DNA of 64,000 bases from an uncultured Chroococcidiopsis sp. (GCA_964248365.1 CAXTYC010000014.1:54464-118463); one strand, 5' to 3'; positions 52,573 to 62,784 are shown, counted from the stretch's first letter. A program made the numbers and translations. The notes: a model not told the origin generated them from the sequence alone.

Positions 52573-53192
52573 CAGGGTAAGCTCATCTTAATTGGTATAG
52601 CGTGTACTTGACAAATAAGACAGAATAAGCATTACCCCCTGGGAGAAAAAGTACTTGACGACCGAGCAAGAGCAGTGAGATGAAAGCAATACCGTAGTTG
52701 AAAATTGTCAGGATTTACGCCTGATGTCAGAGGGTTTTGAAAGAGAATCGTTAGGTGGCAAGAAAATTTCTCGTACTATGAGAAAGCAAAAACAAGTGGC
52801 ATCGATGGGAACGATTCAACAAAGTCTAGTCAAGCATTTTGCTGATATCAAAGATACCACAGTAGCGCGAACAAAGAAACATCGACTCACAGATATCTTA
52901 GTCATTGCGATTTTAGCAATCATAGCCGGAGAGCAAGGGTGGGAAGACATCGAGAATTATGGCATCAGTAAGCAGCAGTGGTTAGAAGAGTTTTTGCCAT
53001 GACCAAAGGGCATTCCATCGGATGACACCTTCCGTCGGGTATTTGAGTTCATCGACTTGGAAGCATTGAATCTGAAACGCGCTGCTATGGATAATAATTA
53101 TCTGATTCAAATTCTCGGTTGTTGTTTCCTTGACAATACATTAGATTCTTCTGATTCCTTGTGTCAAGCCTGATTGAGATGCTCTTACCCTG
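52573..53192 (+). mobile_element. Internally deleted ISAs1-family element
   Basis: TIRs CAGGGTAAGCTCATCT / AGATGCTCTTACCCTG; near-direct flanks GTTGGTAATTG / GTTAGTAATTG; remnant KKHRLTDILVIAILAII...GIPSDDTFRRVF joined to a C-terminal tail. Confidence 0.88.
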
Positions 53193-53309
53193 GTTAGTAA
53201 TTGCCTTTTAAATTACGAATTACGAATTGTTGTTTGAGACTTTTCAAGACTTGTTAACTTTAGTAAAAAGGGGATTACTGTTAGTAGATTGCAGTGCTAT
53301 CTTAATTAG

Positions 53310-53590
53310 TAGGACACAAACAAAAAAGAAACCAAGCAAACAAGGGCAAATGATTCTGTGTCCCCTGTCAAAAGCCCACTTGTAGCAAATCCAAGCATAG
53401 ATATAGAGGCAAAATACCTAGTTTTAATTGAAAGGTAGAGCCACACCTACGGTCTGGAAAGACGCAACTATGCTGGAATTACAAGAGTTGTAAACCTTAG
53501 ATGTCGTGTAAATTTAAACACCTAGTTGAAAAATTTGAGTTTTGTAGCCCTGGGTCTAGTGAAAACCGACTAGACCCCTAAATTTTTTTA
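53310..53590 (+). ncRNA. Candidate structured small RNA
   Basis: Extended -10 TGcTATCTT upstream, several hairpins, terminator GGGTCTAGT...ACTAGACCC plus T-run, no sizeable ORF. Confidence 0.35.
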
Positions 53591-53597
53591 GGGATGC

Positions 53598-54017
53598 ATG
53601 AATATCTTTGCCATGAAGGTAGATCGAATTGACCACGTACTCACGGTTGGCAACATAGAGGTAAGTTGTGAGTTTTATTCCCGTGTTCTGGGAATGCAAG
53701 TGGTTACTTTTGGGGGCGAAAGCATCGCACTTCAGTTCGGACAGCAAAAGATTAATTTGCATCAAGCAAGCATTGAGTTGGAACCAAAGGCAAGAAAACC
53801 CACCCTAGGTTCGGCAGACTTTTGTTTACTTATCAGCATCCCCCTGTCATACGCGATAGCGAGTATCCAATCTTGTCTTGGGGAAATTATAGCCCTTCCT
53901 GTCCAGAGGACAGGCGCAACAGGAGCGATTCTACCTATATATATACGCGATCCTGATGGAAATTTAATCGAGATCTTAAACTTAATAGATCGAGTAGGCG
54001 ATCGCCACTCTAATTAG
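53598..54017 (+). CDS. VOC/glyoxalase family protein
   Basis: IDHVLTV, FYSRVLGM, QKINLHQ, YIRDPDGNLIE. Confidence 0.85.
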   Translation: MNIFAMKVDRIDHVLTVGNIEVSCEFYSRVLGMQVVTFGGESIALQFGQQKINLHQASIELEPKARKPTLGSADFCLLISIPLSYAIASIQSCLGEIIALPVQRTGATGAILPIYIRDPDGNLIEILNLIDRVGDRHSN

Positions 54018-54367
54018 CAAAAGTTATAAATAAAAATCAATGCACAGCATTAGGTTGGTCTAGTGAATAGACAATTATCAATAAATATCATAAAATAAAT
54101 CCAAGGAATTGAACTATACTATAGATAAGTAGCAATACTTAGCATAATTTATATTCAATCCTCACCCTAAATCATAAGGAAATTTTATGTAATATATCTG
54201 GTAGTTGGCTAATTAAATAATTTATTTTTAACTCCTAAGCGTGTAAGCTTTTATTAGAAAATTAAAACAACATTAATTTCCCTCGTTAAAGTTAGTAAAT
54301 TTTATCGAGCAGAAGCAAAGTTGTTCTGAAAACTTTGAGTAGTCATAAAAACTGAGAATTTATAGCG

Positions 54368-56209
54368 ATGGCTGAATTTTTCTTGCCAACCATCTGGCTA
54401 GTACCCTGCTATGCCTTAATAGGGGCAATTTTAAGCATACCTTGGTCGCCTGGAATTATCCGACGTACAGGACCTCGTCCGGCTGGGTATATCAATTTAT
54501 TGATGACTTTCTTAGCCTTCATACATGGTTTAATCGCTTTGCCAGCTACCTGGAACCAGCCAGCACAACACTTAATATTTCCCTGGCTGCGTGTAGCTAA
54601 TTTAGATCTTTCCCTAACCTTAGAAATTTCCTCAATCACTGTCGGCGCTATTATCCTGGTGACAGGGATGAATTTGCTAGCGCAAATATACGCTGTCGGT
54701 TATATGGAAATGGACTGGGGTTGGGCGCGGTTTTATGCGCTGTTGGCACTGTTTGAATGTGGGATGTGTGCCTTAGTCCTATGTGATTCATTGTTTTTCA
54801 GCTATATAATTCTAGAAATCCTGACGCTGGGGACATACCTGCTAGTCGGTTTGTGGTTTAGTCAACCTTTGGTGGTAACGGGGGCTAGAGATGCTTTCTT
54901 AACCAAGCGTGTGGGAGACTTGGTGTTGTTAATGGGAGTAATTGCCCTATTGCCCTTAGCCGGAACTTGGAACTATTCAGAGTTGGCACAGTGGGCAAAG
55001 ACAGCAAATGTAGATCCCAAAGTAATTACATTGGTGTGTCTTGCCTTAATTGCAGGTCCAATGGGTAAGTGCGCCCAGTTCCCGCTACATCTATGGCTAG
55101 ATGAGGCGATGGAAGGTCCTATTCCTAGCACGATATTACGGAACTCGGTGGTAGTAGCAACTGGGGCTTGGGTGTTGATTAAGCTGCAACCAGTTTTAGC
55201 ACTGTCACCAGTGGCTATGTCTGCATTGATTTCAATTGGTGCGGTGACAGCGGTAGGTGCTTCAGCGATCGCAATTGCCCAAATCGACACCAAACGCGCT
55301 TTATCTTACTCGGTCAGTGCCTACATGGGATTGGTATTTATTGCCGTAGGTAGTGGGCAAAACGAAGCAGCGCTGTTATTAGTATTAACTCATGCCCTAG
55401 CTATGGGATTGTTGGTAATGACGACGGGCGGTATCATCTGGAACAACATTACCCAAGACTTAACCCTACTAGGCGGGCTGTGGTCACGCCGTCCCGTCTC
55501 AGGTATAGCCTATATCGTCGGTACGCTGGGCTTAATCGCTTGTCCCCCATTTGGTAGCTTTTGGGCATTGCTGAAACTAACAGATGCTTTGTGGGAAACA
55601 CAGCCTGCATTAGTGGGAGTGATCGTGTTAGTAAATGCTTTAACAGCGTTTAGTTTAACCAGAGAATTCAGTTTAATTTTCGGTGGTAAACCCCAACAAA
55701 TGACAGTGCGAGCGCCAGAAGCTTTATGGCTGATGGTATTACCCATGACATTTTTACTCGGCTTCAACCTCCACCTTCCCTTAGTTTTACAAAGCTTGTC
55801 CTTACTACCTGATTGGGAAACTTTGAATAAAGACGTGGCAATGCTGCTGATTTGGTCGAGTATCTTTGGTTGCAGCATTAGCGGCGCAATTTATCTGGGT
55901 AATGCTTTGCCCAAACCTGTAAAACTGCCCCTAAAACCTTTGCAAGATCTGTTTGCCTACGACTTTTACACACCCAAACTTTACCGCCTGAGTATTGTTT
56001 TTGCAGTTGACCTAGTTTCAAAGATTACAGCTTGGGTTGACCGCTATATCGTTGATGGCGTTGTAAATTTGGTTGGCTTGGCTTCAATTTTTGGTGGAGA
56101 AACTTTAAAGTACAGCACTTCAGGACAATATCAGTTTTATGCACTAACAATTCTGCTTGGTGTTGGTGTTTTGGGATTTATCTTAAGCTTGCCTTACTGG
56201 TCTTTTTAA
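54368..56209 (+). CDS. ndhF3: NDH-1 subunit F3 (inducible CO2 uptake)
   Basis: RTGPRPAGY, GKCAQFPLHLWLDEAMEGP; operon with cupA. Confidence 0.92.
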   Translation: MAEFFLPTIWLVPCYALIGAILSIPWSPGIIRRTGPRPAGYINLLMTFLAFIHGLIALPATWNQPAQHLIFPWLRVANLDLSLTLEISSITVGAIILVTGMNLLAQIYAVGYMEMDWGWARFYALLALFECGMCALVLCDSLFFSYIILEILTLGTYLLVGLWFSQPLVVTGARDAFLTKRVGDLVLLMGVIALLPLAGTWNYSELAQWAKTANVDPKVITLVCLALIAGPMGKCAQFPLHLWLDEAMEGPIPSTILRNSVVVATGAWVLIKLQPVLALSPVAMSALISIGAVTAVGASAIAIAQIDTKRALSYSVSAYMGLVFIAVGSGQNEAALLLVLTHALAMGLLVMTTGGIIWNNITQDLTLLGGLWSRRPVSGIAYIVGTLGLIACPPFGSFWALLKLTDALWETQPALVGVIVLVNALTAFSLTREFSLIFGGKPQQMTVRAPEALWLMVLPMTFLLGFNLHLPLVLQSLSLLPDWETLNKDVAMLLIWSSIFGCSISGAIYLGNALPKPVKLPLKPLQDLFAYDFYTPKLYRLSIVFAVDLVSKITAWVDRYIVDGVVNLVGLASIFGGETLKYSTSGQYQFYALTILLGVGVLGFILSLPYWSF

Positions 56210-56272
56210 AGTACTCTTTTTAATTACCCAAAAGAGTCAATTATCAAGATTGGAAATAAAGGTAAACAGGAG

Positions 56273-56986
56273 ATGAACGGAAAAATTCAGCCTGACAACA
56301 TTTCCAGAAGAAGACTAATCCAATTCGGTGCTGGTGCTATAGGGACAGGAGCGTTAACTCTAGGACTAGGTTATAAGGGTTTTAGTCAAACAGCTCCTGC
56401 CAAAACTGATCTAACTCCTGATCAGGCGCTGCAAAAGTTAATGGAGGGAAACGATCGCTTTGTCAACCGAAAAACTCAAAATTCTACTAACCGAGACATT
56501 ACACGCATTAAACAAGTTTCAAAAACTCAGACTCCGTTTGCGTCTATTCTCGGCTGTGCAGATTCACGGGTTCCTTCGGAGATTATTTTCGATCAAGGAT
56601 TTGGGGATTTATTTGTCTGCCGTGTTGCTGGTAATATAGCTACAACAGAGGAAATTGGTAGCCTTGAATTTGGCACTTCAGTATTAGGCTCTAAAGTGAT
56701 TATGGTAATGGGGCATAAAAGATGTGGAGCAGTAGCAGCTGCTATCAAAGGCGCTCAAGTACCAGGTCAAATTGGTAGTTTAATTGAGGCAATTAAGCCA
56801 GCCGTAGAAAGGTCAAAAGGGCAAGCAGGCGATCAGTTAGAAAATGCTTGTAAAGCTAATGTTCTGCTTCAAATTGAAAAATTGAAAACATCGCCAGTTA
56901 TATCTGGGCTAATTAATGAAGGCAAACTAAAAATTGCTGGTGGTTACTATGACCTAGACACTGGGACAGTAAGTATGGTGAGTTAA
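56273..56986 (+). CDS. Beta-carbonic anhydrase with Tat signal (EcaB-like)
   Basis: SRRRLI twin-arginine signal, CADSRV, RVAGN, HKRCGA. Confidence 0.92.
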   Translation: MNGKIQPDNISRRRLIQFGAGAIGTGALTLGLGYKGFSQTAPAKTDLTPDQALQKLMEGNDRFVNRKTQNSTNRDITRIKQVSKTQTPFASILGCADSRVPSEIIFDQGFGDLFVCRVAGNIATTEEIGSLEFGTSVLGSKVIMVMGHKRCGAVAAAIKGAQVPGQIGSLIEAIKPAVERSKGQAGDQLENACKANVLLQIEKLKTSPVISGLINEGKLKIAGGYYDLDTGTVSMVS

Positions 56987-57108
56987 ATAGGTAATAGCAG
57001 AACAGCAAAAGGGACTCGGAACTCGGGACTTGGAACTTAACCAACCTTTCACCAACTACCAACTACCAATTATTAATTAGCAATTAGCAAAGAAAATAGG
57101 ACAAATTT

Positions 57109-58620
57109 ATGCTTAGTACTTTGATTTGGTTGCCTATATTAGGCGCTGCTATAGTTGGGTTTTCGCCCCAATTAACTGCTAGTCGAGTGCGTTTGCTTGC
57201 TTTGGCGATCGCCAGTACTGTTATACTCTGGTTATTCTGGCTGGGAAGTCAGTTTAATACCAGCCAGGTGGAATTGCAGTTTCACGAGTTTTTGCCTTGG
57301 ATTGAATCTTTAGGCTTGAACTATCAACTAGGAGTTGATGGTTTGTCCTTTCCTTTACTTGCTTTAAATGGTCTACTAACCTGGATTGCCATTTATAGTA
57401 GTAGCAAATCAGTTGAGCGTCCCCGCCTTTATTACGCTTTGATTCTGCTAGCCAGTGCTGGGGTAGCTGGTGCTTTTGCTGCTAGGAATCTGATGCTGTT
57501 TTTCTTGTTCTACGAACTAGAACTGATTCCCCTTTACCTATTAATTAACATCTGGGGTGGTTCTAAACGTGCCTATGCGGCAACAAAATTTCTGATTTAT
57601 ACAGCCGTTTCCGGCATTATAATTCTGGCAGCATTTTTGGGTATCACTTGGCTAAGTGGTTCTGCTACGTTTGATTACGAGTCGCTCAAAACTGGGGAAT
57701 TATCCCTACAGACACAGTTAATCTTGCTCACGATGGTGCTAATCGGGTTTGGTATCAAAATTCCTTTAGTACCTTTGCATACTTGGCTACCAGATGCTTA
57801 CGTTGAAGCTTCCCCCCCAGTAGCTATTGTCTTAGGTGGCATATTAGCTAAGTTGGGAACTTATGGCTTGTTGCGGTTTGGATTAGGGTTATTTCCGCAA
57901 ACATGGGCAATTGTAGCTCCTGGGTTAGCAATTTTGGGGACTGTGAGTGTATTGTATGGGGCATTAAGTGCGATCGCCCAAAAAGATATCAAACGCATGG
58001 TAGCCTATAGTTCTATCGGACACATGGGCTATGTAATGTTAGGTAGTGCAGCTGCTACTTCCCTTAGCCTTGTCGGTGCAGTTTCCCAAATGATTGCTCA
58101 CGGCTTGATTTTGGCACTGCTGTTTCATCTAGTGGGAGTAATTGAAACCAAAGTCGGTACGCGCGATATAGATGTACTCAACGGTTTAATGAATCCAATT
58201 CGGGGCTTACCTGTCGTCAGCAGTTTACTAGTGTTGGCGGGTATGGCTAGTGCTGGTATTCCGGGTATGGTGGGCTTTATCTCTGAATTCATCGTATTTC
58301 AAGGCAGTTACCCAGTCTTTCCCCTGTTAACGCTGTTATGTGTGGTTGGAACTGGTTTAACAGCAGTTTATTTCGTGATTTTGCTCAACCGTACTTGTTT
58401 CGGCAAATTGGACAATTACAAGGCTTATTATCCCACAGTTAACTGGGCTGAGCGTCTACCAGCTTTGGTACTAACAGCGCTGATTATCGTCTTGGGAGTA
58501 CAACCGAATTGGCTAGTGCGTTGGAGCGAACCAACTACAACTGCAATGGTTACTGCTGTGCAAATAAATAGCAATCAGCAATTAGCCTCTGATCTAGCAC
58601 CCACAATACAGGATTTGTAG
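57109..58620 (+). CDS. ndhD3: NDH-1 subunit D3 (NuoM family)
   Basis: KIPLVPLHTWLPDAY, KRMVAYSSIGHMG, GLMNPIRGLP. Confidence 0.92.
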   Translation: MLSTLIWLPILGAAIVGFSPQLTASRVRLLALAIASTVILWLFWLGSQFNTSQVELQFHEFLPWIESLGLNYQLGVDGLSFPLLALNGLLTWIAIYSSSKSVERPRLYYALILLASAGVAGAFAARNLMLFFLFYELELIPLYLLINIWGGSKRAYAATKFLIYTAVSGIIILAAFLGITWLSGSATFDYESLKTGELSLQTQLILLTMVLIGFGIKIPLVPLHTWLPDAYVEASPPVAIVLGGILAKLGTYGLLRFGLGLFPQTWAIVAPGLAILGTVSVLYGALSAIAQKDIKRMVAYSSIGHMGYVMLGSAAATSLSLVGAVSQMIAHGLILALLFHLVGVIETKVGTRDIDVLNGLMNPIRGLPVVSSLLVLAGMASAGIPGMVGFISEFIVFQGSYPVFPLLTLLCVVGTGLTAVYFVILLNRTCFGKLDNYKAYYPTVNWAERLPALVLTALIIVLGVQPNWLVRWSEPTTTAMVTAVQINSNQQLASDLAPTIQDL

Positions 58621-58691
58621 AAAAGTTGACTGCAACATCTGTACAAACAATAGGCAATCCAAAATTCAAAATCCACGCATAGTATAAAACC

Positions 58692-59990
58692 ATGACAGCA
58701 ACTTTAACAAAAGCTAAATTGCCTCCTTCCAAGCATGAATTTGCCCACGTAATTCATCGCTTAGAGGCTGGTGGCGCGATGCTACCAGACACACCAGAAA
58801 ATTTGATGCAAATTATCGGTTTATATAAGGCTTATGCCGTACCAATGGACTTCTATTGGCGGGATCTTCTTTATATTGCTGAACATGTATTTTTAAATCC
58901 CATTCCTGCCTTTAAATACTTCTTACCCAAAGAGTATTTAGATCTACATAACCATTACGCCGGAGATGATGCCGATTTAAGAATTTGGCAAAAAGGTGCA
59001 GCCACTGCCCATCCTGAACTATTGGCATTTATGGAAAAAGGTGAAACTTTGAAAATGCCAAAGTTATTACATCATTTATGGCATGATAGGATAAACATGG
59101 AGTTTGCCGAAGCCTGTATGCAAGCAATGCTGTGGCACGGCAGAAACATGGGCATGGGGCTATTTGACTCTTACCTAGATTCGGAAGAATACAAGGCAAA
59201 CGCAGATAGAGCGATTAAGGCTTACTTCCAGGGTAATCCGGCAATGCTGGGAATGTATAAGTTATTCCCTGAAATGTTCTTAGAACAGTGCCGTATGATG
59301 TCTTACTACAGTAATCTGGGCTTGTTCTGGGAAGTGATGGCTCCAGTTTTCTTTGAAATGAGCGATCGCTATGACGCTGGAGACATGAAAAGTGTACCTG
59401 ATGCGATGAATTTTTTGGTAAATGGAATATTTGCGATCGCAGGTCGTCCCATTTATCATCATGTTTATATTCGAGGTGAACGCTACGAAATCATTCCCAA
59501 ATCAAAAGGCTTCACTTGGTTATATGAAGCAGCATTACCTTATGTAGAAGCTGTTTTCTATCGCACTGCACCGTTTAGGGGAACAAAATCATATAACGCT
59601 CAAGCAAAGCAAGTACCTGACGATCAAAAAGATTTTCATTATGGCATTCTCTATGCTGATGTATTCCCTGTCGGTACAGCTGGCATTCCCCCCACACTGC
59701 TGATGCAAGATATGTTGCATTTTCTTCCCCCCTATCTTGTTGATTACTACAGCAAACATTGTCGGGGTGAACAGGATATGTTAATTCAGCTAGGTATCAG
59801 TTTCCAACGCTCAATGTATTGTGTTACTTCAGCAGTAATTCAAGCTTTGCGGGCTGCACTTTTGTATCCTTTAGACGATCCAAATCCCAAGCATTTACAA
59901 GCAAATCGCGCTTTTTTTGAAAGTCAAATGGATCGATTCAAGCGTCCTGAATCTCGTTTACGAGAAATTCAGAGTCAAGATTATAGATAA
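58692..59990 (+). CDS. cupA: CO2 hydration protein CupA (ChpY)
   Basis: RLEAGGAMLPDTPENL, HDRINMEFAEAC, GIPPTLLMQDM; 432 aa fits CupA rather than CupB. Confidence 0.95.
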   Translation: MTATLTKAKLPPSKHEFAHVIHRLEAGGAMLPDTPENLMQIIGLYKAYAVPMDFYWRDLLYIAEHVFLNPIPAFKYFLPKEYLDLHNHYAGDDADLRIWQKGAATAHPELLAFMEKGETLKMPKLLHHLWHDRINMEFAEACMQAMLWHGRNMGMGLFDSYLDSEEYKANADRAIKAYFQGNPAMLGMYKLFPEMFLEQCRMMSYYSNLGLFWEVMAPVFFEMSDRYDAGDMKSVPDAMNFLVNGIFAIAGRPIYHHVYIRGERYEIIPKSKGFTWLYEAALPYVEAVFYRTAPFRGTKSYNAQAKQVPDDQKDFHYGILYADVFPVGTAGIPPTLLMQDMLHFLPPYLVDYYSKHCRGEQDMLIQLGISFQRSMYCVTSAVIQALRAALLYPLDDPNPKHLQANRAFFESQMDRFKRPESRLREIQSQDYR

Positions 59991-60026
59991 GAGATCTCCC
60001 TCAACCTCACTTGAAAACAGGATTTA

Positions 60027-60179
60027 ATCCCCCCAACCCCCCTTTTTAAGGGGGGCTTTTTTTATTCCTAGTAAATTTACGGTCGCTTTTTTAAGTACCT
60101 GTAGTTTAATTTTAGCAAAGATAATTTACTAAATTATATGCTCTAATTCCCCCCTTAAAAAAGGGGGTTAGGGGGGATC
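60027..60179. repeat. G/C-tract inverted repeat pair upstream of DUF559
   Basis: ATCCCCCCAACCCCCCTTTTTAAGGGGGG ... CCCCCCTTAAAAAAGGGGGTTAGGGGGGAT. Confidence 0.8.
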
Positions 60180-60200
60180 AACCTCACAATCATCCTACAA

Positions 60201-60587
60201 ATGTCTAAAGAAAAAAGCTTACTCACCACAAATTTTTACCTACCCTATAATCCAAAACTTGTGGAAAGAGCAAAAGCACTGCGAAAAAACATGACACAAG
60301 CAGAGAAAAAGTTATGGAATAGCTATCTCAAAAATTTTAACTTCCGAGTTTTAAGGCAAAGACCAATTGATAATTTTATTGTTGATTTTTATTGTGCAGA
60401 GCTGAAATTGGTAATTGAGGTTGATGGAGACAGCCATTTTACGTTTGAAGGCAAAGATTATGATAGGGCAAGAACAGCGATATTAGAGGGCTATGGGCTT
60501 AAGGTAATCAGGTTTACTAATTATGAGGTGTTGCAAAATTTAGCAGGTGTGTCCAAAAAGATAGAGGAGTTAATTCCCCCAAGTTGA
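60201..60587 (+). CDS. DUF559 (Vsr-like) endonuclease domain protein
   Basis: ERAKALRKNMTQAEKKLW, RQRPIDNFIVDFYC, VIEVDGDSH, VIRFTN. Confidence 0.92.
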   Translation: MSKEKSLLTTNFYLPYNPKLVERAKALRKNMTQAEKKLWNSYLKNFNFRVLRQRPIDNFIVDFYCAELKLVIEVDGDSHFTFEGKDYDRARTAILEGYGLKVIRFTNYEVLQNLAGVSKKIEELIPPS

Positions 60588-60596
60588 TGAGGATTT

Positions 60597-60675
60597 GATC
60601 CCCTCAACCCCCCTTAATACTAATAGCGTAGCTTCCTTTAGTTTCCCCCTTTAAAAGGGGGATGGAAGGGGGATC
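60597..60675. repeat. Second G/C-tract inverted repeat pair downstream of DUF559
   Basis: GATCCCCTCAACCCCCCTTAA ... CCCCCTTTAAAAGGGGGATGGAAGGGGGATC. Confidence 0.75.
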
Positions 60676-60736
60676 AAGCGGGGCTTTTGATTGCCTTTAT
60701 GACTTATACACGTTGCTCGACAAATTATCAACTTTT

Positions 60737-61147
60737 TCAGTCAATAGCAGTCATCAGGTTGACCGGAGTTGTTAACAGAAAATAGAGAACTCCTGACCCA
60801 ATTAGTGCTATACAGACGCTGAATATTACTACCCACCATCTGGCTGGTTCATAATTGTCTTCATCGATCGCATTACAGACGCTAAAGTAGTGCAATGTTG
60901 AAAGCAATACTGTCAGCAAACCTATTACAGCGAACATTAACCCTAATTTCCAGCCCTGACCTGTACGAGGGACTTGCGGTGGAATTAGGTAGCGTAAGCG
61001 CAAGATGACTACGCCAAAGCCCATCAGAGCAACCGCAGTACGCATCCATGCTAGATAAGTGCGCTCATTTGCTAGATGATCTCTTACCCTGGATGGATTA
61101 TGACTGGCTTTTGTTTGTGTATTGCTCAATTCCGGCTCCTCGTGCAA
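60737..61147 (-). CDS. DUF202 / YidH family membrane protein
   Basis: RDHLANERTYLAWMRT. Confidence 0.9.
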   Translation of the reverse strand: MHEEPELSNTQTKASHNPSRVRDHLANERTYLAWMRTAVALMGFGVVILRLRYLIPPQVPRTGQGWKLGLMFAVIGLLTVLLSTLHYFSVCNAIDEDNYEPARWWVVIFSVCIALIGSGVLYFLLTTPVNLMTAID

Positions 61148-61217
61148 AGCGTGATGTTTATCAACGCAAATCCAACATTGACAAGGATTTTAGCAGATAA
61201 TCGACTGATAAAAGCAT

Positions 61218-61324
61218 ATCCCGATAGACAAACCGTAGTTTAAGCGCTTGCTTTTTGTCTCCTAGCTGTGACATACTCGCTTTAATCCTTAAATAACAGT
61301 ATTCCGACCGATTTATCGTAGATT
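61218..61324. promoter_or_regulatory. Two related 24-bp putative operators
   Basis: ATCCCGATAGACAAACCGTAGTTT (61218) and ATTCCGACCGATTTATCGTAGATT (61301), 16/24 identical. Confidence 0.45.
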
Positions 61325-61402
61325 TAAGTAAACCTTCTACTCAAATCGATTTGGCTAGTCTGGATACCTGTTCTGGATTGAAACCTGTAATAGGGACAGT
61401 GA

Positions 61403-62713
61403 ATGTTAACAGACGCTCAAGGACTGGAAGTTACAACTTTTTCGGCTGAGGCGATCGCCTTTATTAATCGCTTTGTCGAGCAATCACTCAGCTACGGCGA
61501 TGATGCACTGGTAATTTTGAAAGCAATTGCAGCAGATCCGACTTGTGCAATCGCTCATGCTCACGCAGCAGCTCATTACCTCTCGTGGGAGAGTACAGCA
61601 GGTAACAATGCAGCAATACCTCATTTGCAAGCGGCTAAAAAGTACCTGTCAAAAGCTTCAGAGCGAGAAAAGCTTTATGTGTGGGCGATTGATGCTTGGG
61701 CGAAAGGAGATAGTTCGTGTGCGATCGCCTACCATGAAGAAATTGCCCAAAAGTATCCCCGTGACATTGTTTCTGTGCAGCAGGGACAATATCACTATTT
61801 TTACCAGGGAAACAAAGAAAAGTTACTGCAAATTGGCGAAACAGTTTTACCTGCAAACAGAGAAAATCACTACCTATACGGCATGATTGCTTTCGGTTTA
61901 GAGCAATGCCATCATCTGCAAGCAGCAGAAGCAATGGGACGAAAGGCAGTAGAAATGAACCGCCACGATCCTTGGGCGCACCATGCTGTAGCTCATGTGA
62001 TGGAAATGCAGGGAAGACTCGACGAGGGAATTGCTTGGATGGAAAGCCTGTGCGACACTTGGGAGAATTGCAACTCAATGCTTTTCACTCATAATTGGTG
62101 GCATATCGCCCTCTATTATTTAGAAAAAGAAGAGATTCAGAAGGTATTAGAGCTATATGATAGTCATGTTTGGGGACGAGCTGTTAAGGATTCTTCTAAA
62201 GATCAAGTTGGTGCAATTTCACTACTATTGCGCCTGGAATTGAGAGGGATAGATGTAAGCTCACGCTGGCAGAAACTCGCTACATATCTCACTGCCAGAA
62301 TTCACGAACACGCCTTGCCTTTCCAAGATTTACACTATATATATGCTTTGGCACGAGCAGGTAGGACTGAGCTAGTCAACGAAATGCTATTTAGTATGCA
62401 GGCTTATACCACAAAAGTATTTCCCTATCTGCAAAAGAGATGGGCGGAGGTAGCGATACCAGCTGCAAGAGGAATGGCTGCTCACGCTATGGGAAAATGG
62501 GAAAGCGCGATCGCACACATAGGAGTAACTTTGCCACGCTTACACGAAATTGGTGGTAGTCATGCCCAAAGAGACTTGTTTGAGCAAGTGTATCTCGATG
62601 CTTGGCTACGCGAAAGGCACAATCATGAAGCGCTGCGGCTACTGGAAAAACGGGCTGCATTAGGTCGTTATATTCCTTCCGAGGGGCATCAGCTAGCATT
62701 GAGCAATCAATGA
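61403..62713 (+). CDS. TTC38-like tetratricopeptide repeat protein
   Basis: AFGLEQ, DPWAHHAVAHV, HNWWHIAL, IGGSHAQRDLF. Confidence 0.85.
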   Translation: MLTDAQGLEVTTFSAEAIAFINRFVEQSLSYGDDALVILKAIAADPTCAIAHAHAAAHYLSWESTAGNNAAIPHLQAAKKYLSKASEREKLYVWAIDAWAKGDSSCAIAYHEEIAQKYPRDIVSVQQGQYHYFYQGNKEKLLQIGETVLPANRENHYLYGMIAFGLEQCHHLQAAEAMGRKAVEMNRHDPWAHHAVAHVMEMQGRLDEGIAWMESLCDTWENCNSMLFTHNWWHIALYYLEKEEIQKVLELYDSHVWGRAVKDSSKDQVGAISLLLRLELRGIDVSSRWQKLATYLTARIHEHALPFQDLHYIYALARAGRTELVNEMLFSMQAYTTKVFPYLQKRWAEVAIPAARGMAAHAMGKWESAIAHIGVTLPRLHEIGGSHAQRDLFEQVYLDAWLRERHNHEALRLLEKRAALGRYIPSEGHQLALSNQ

Positions 62714-62784
62714 ACAATTAGCTTTTAGCTATTAGCTTTTAGCTTTTAGTAGTAGTATGCCACCCATGCCCACAACAATCTAAC

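Noticed and set aside
53340..53490. c-di-GMP-I riboswitch (GGCAAA...GAAA...GACGCAA words)
   Set aside because: The words are present but order and pairing do not fit the two-stem consensus; kept only as a generic ncRNA candidate.
54025..54090. NdhR/CcmR operator upstream of ndhF3
   Set aside because: ATAG-N8-CAAT-like matches exist, but the region is so AT-rich that a specific site cannot be supported.
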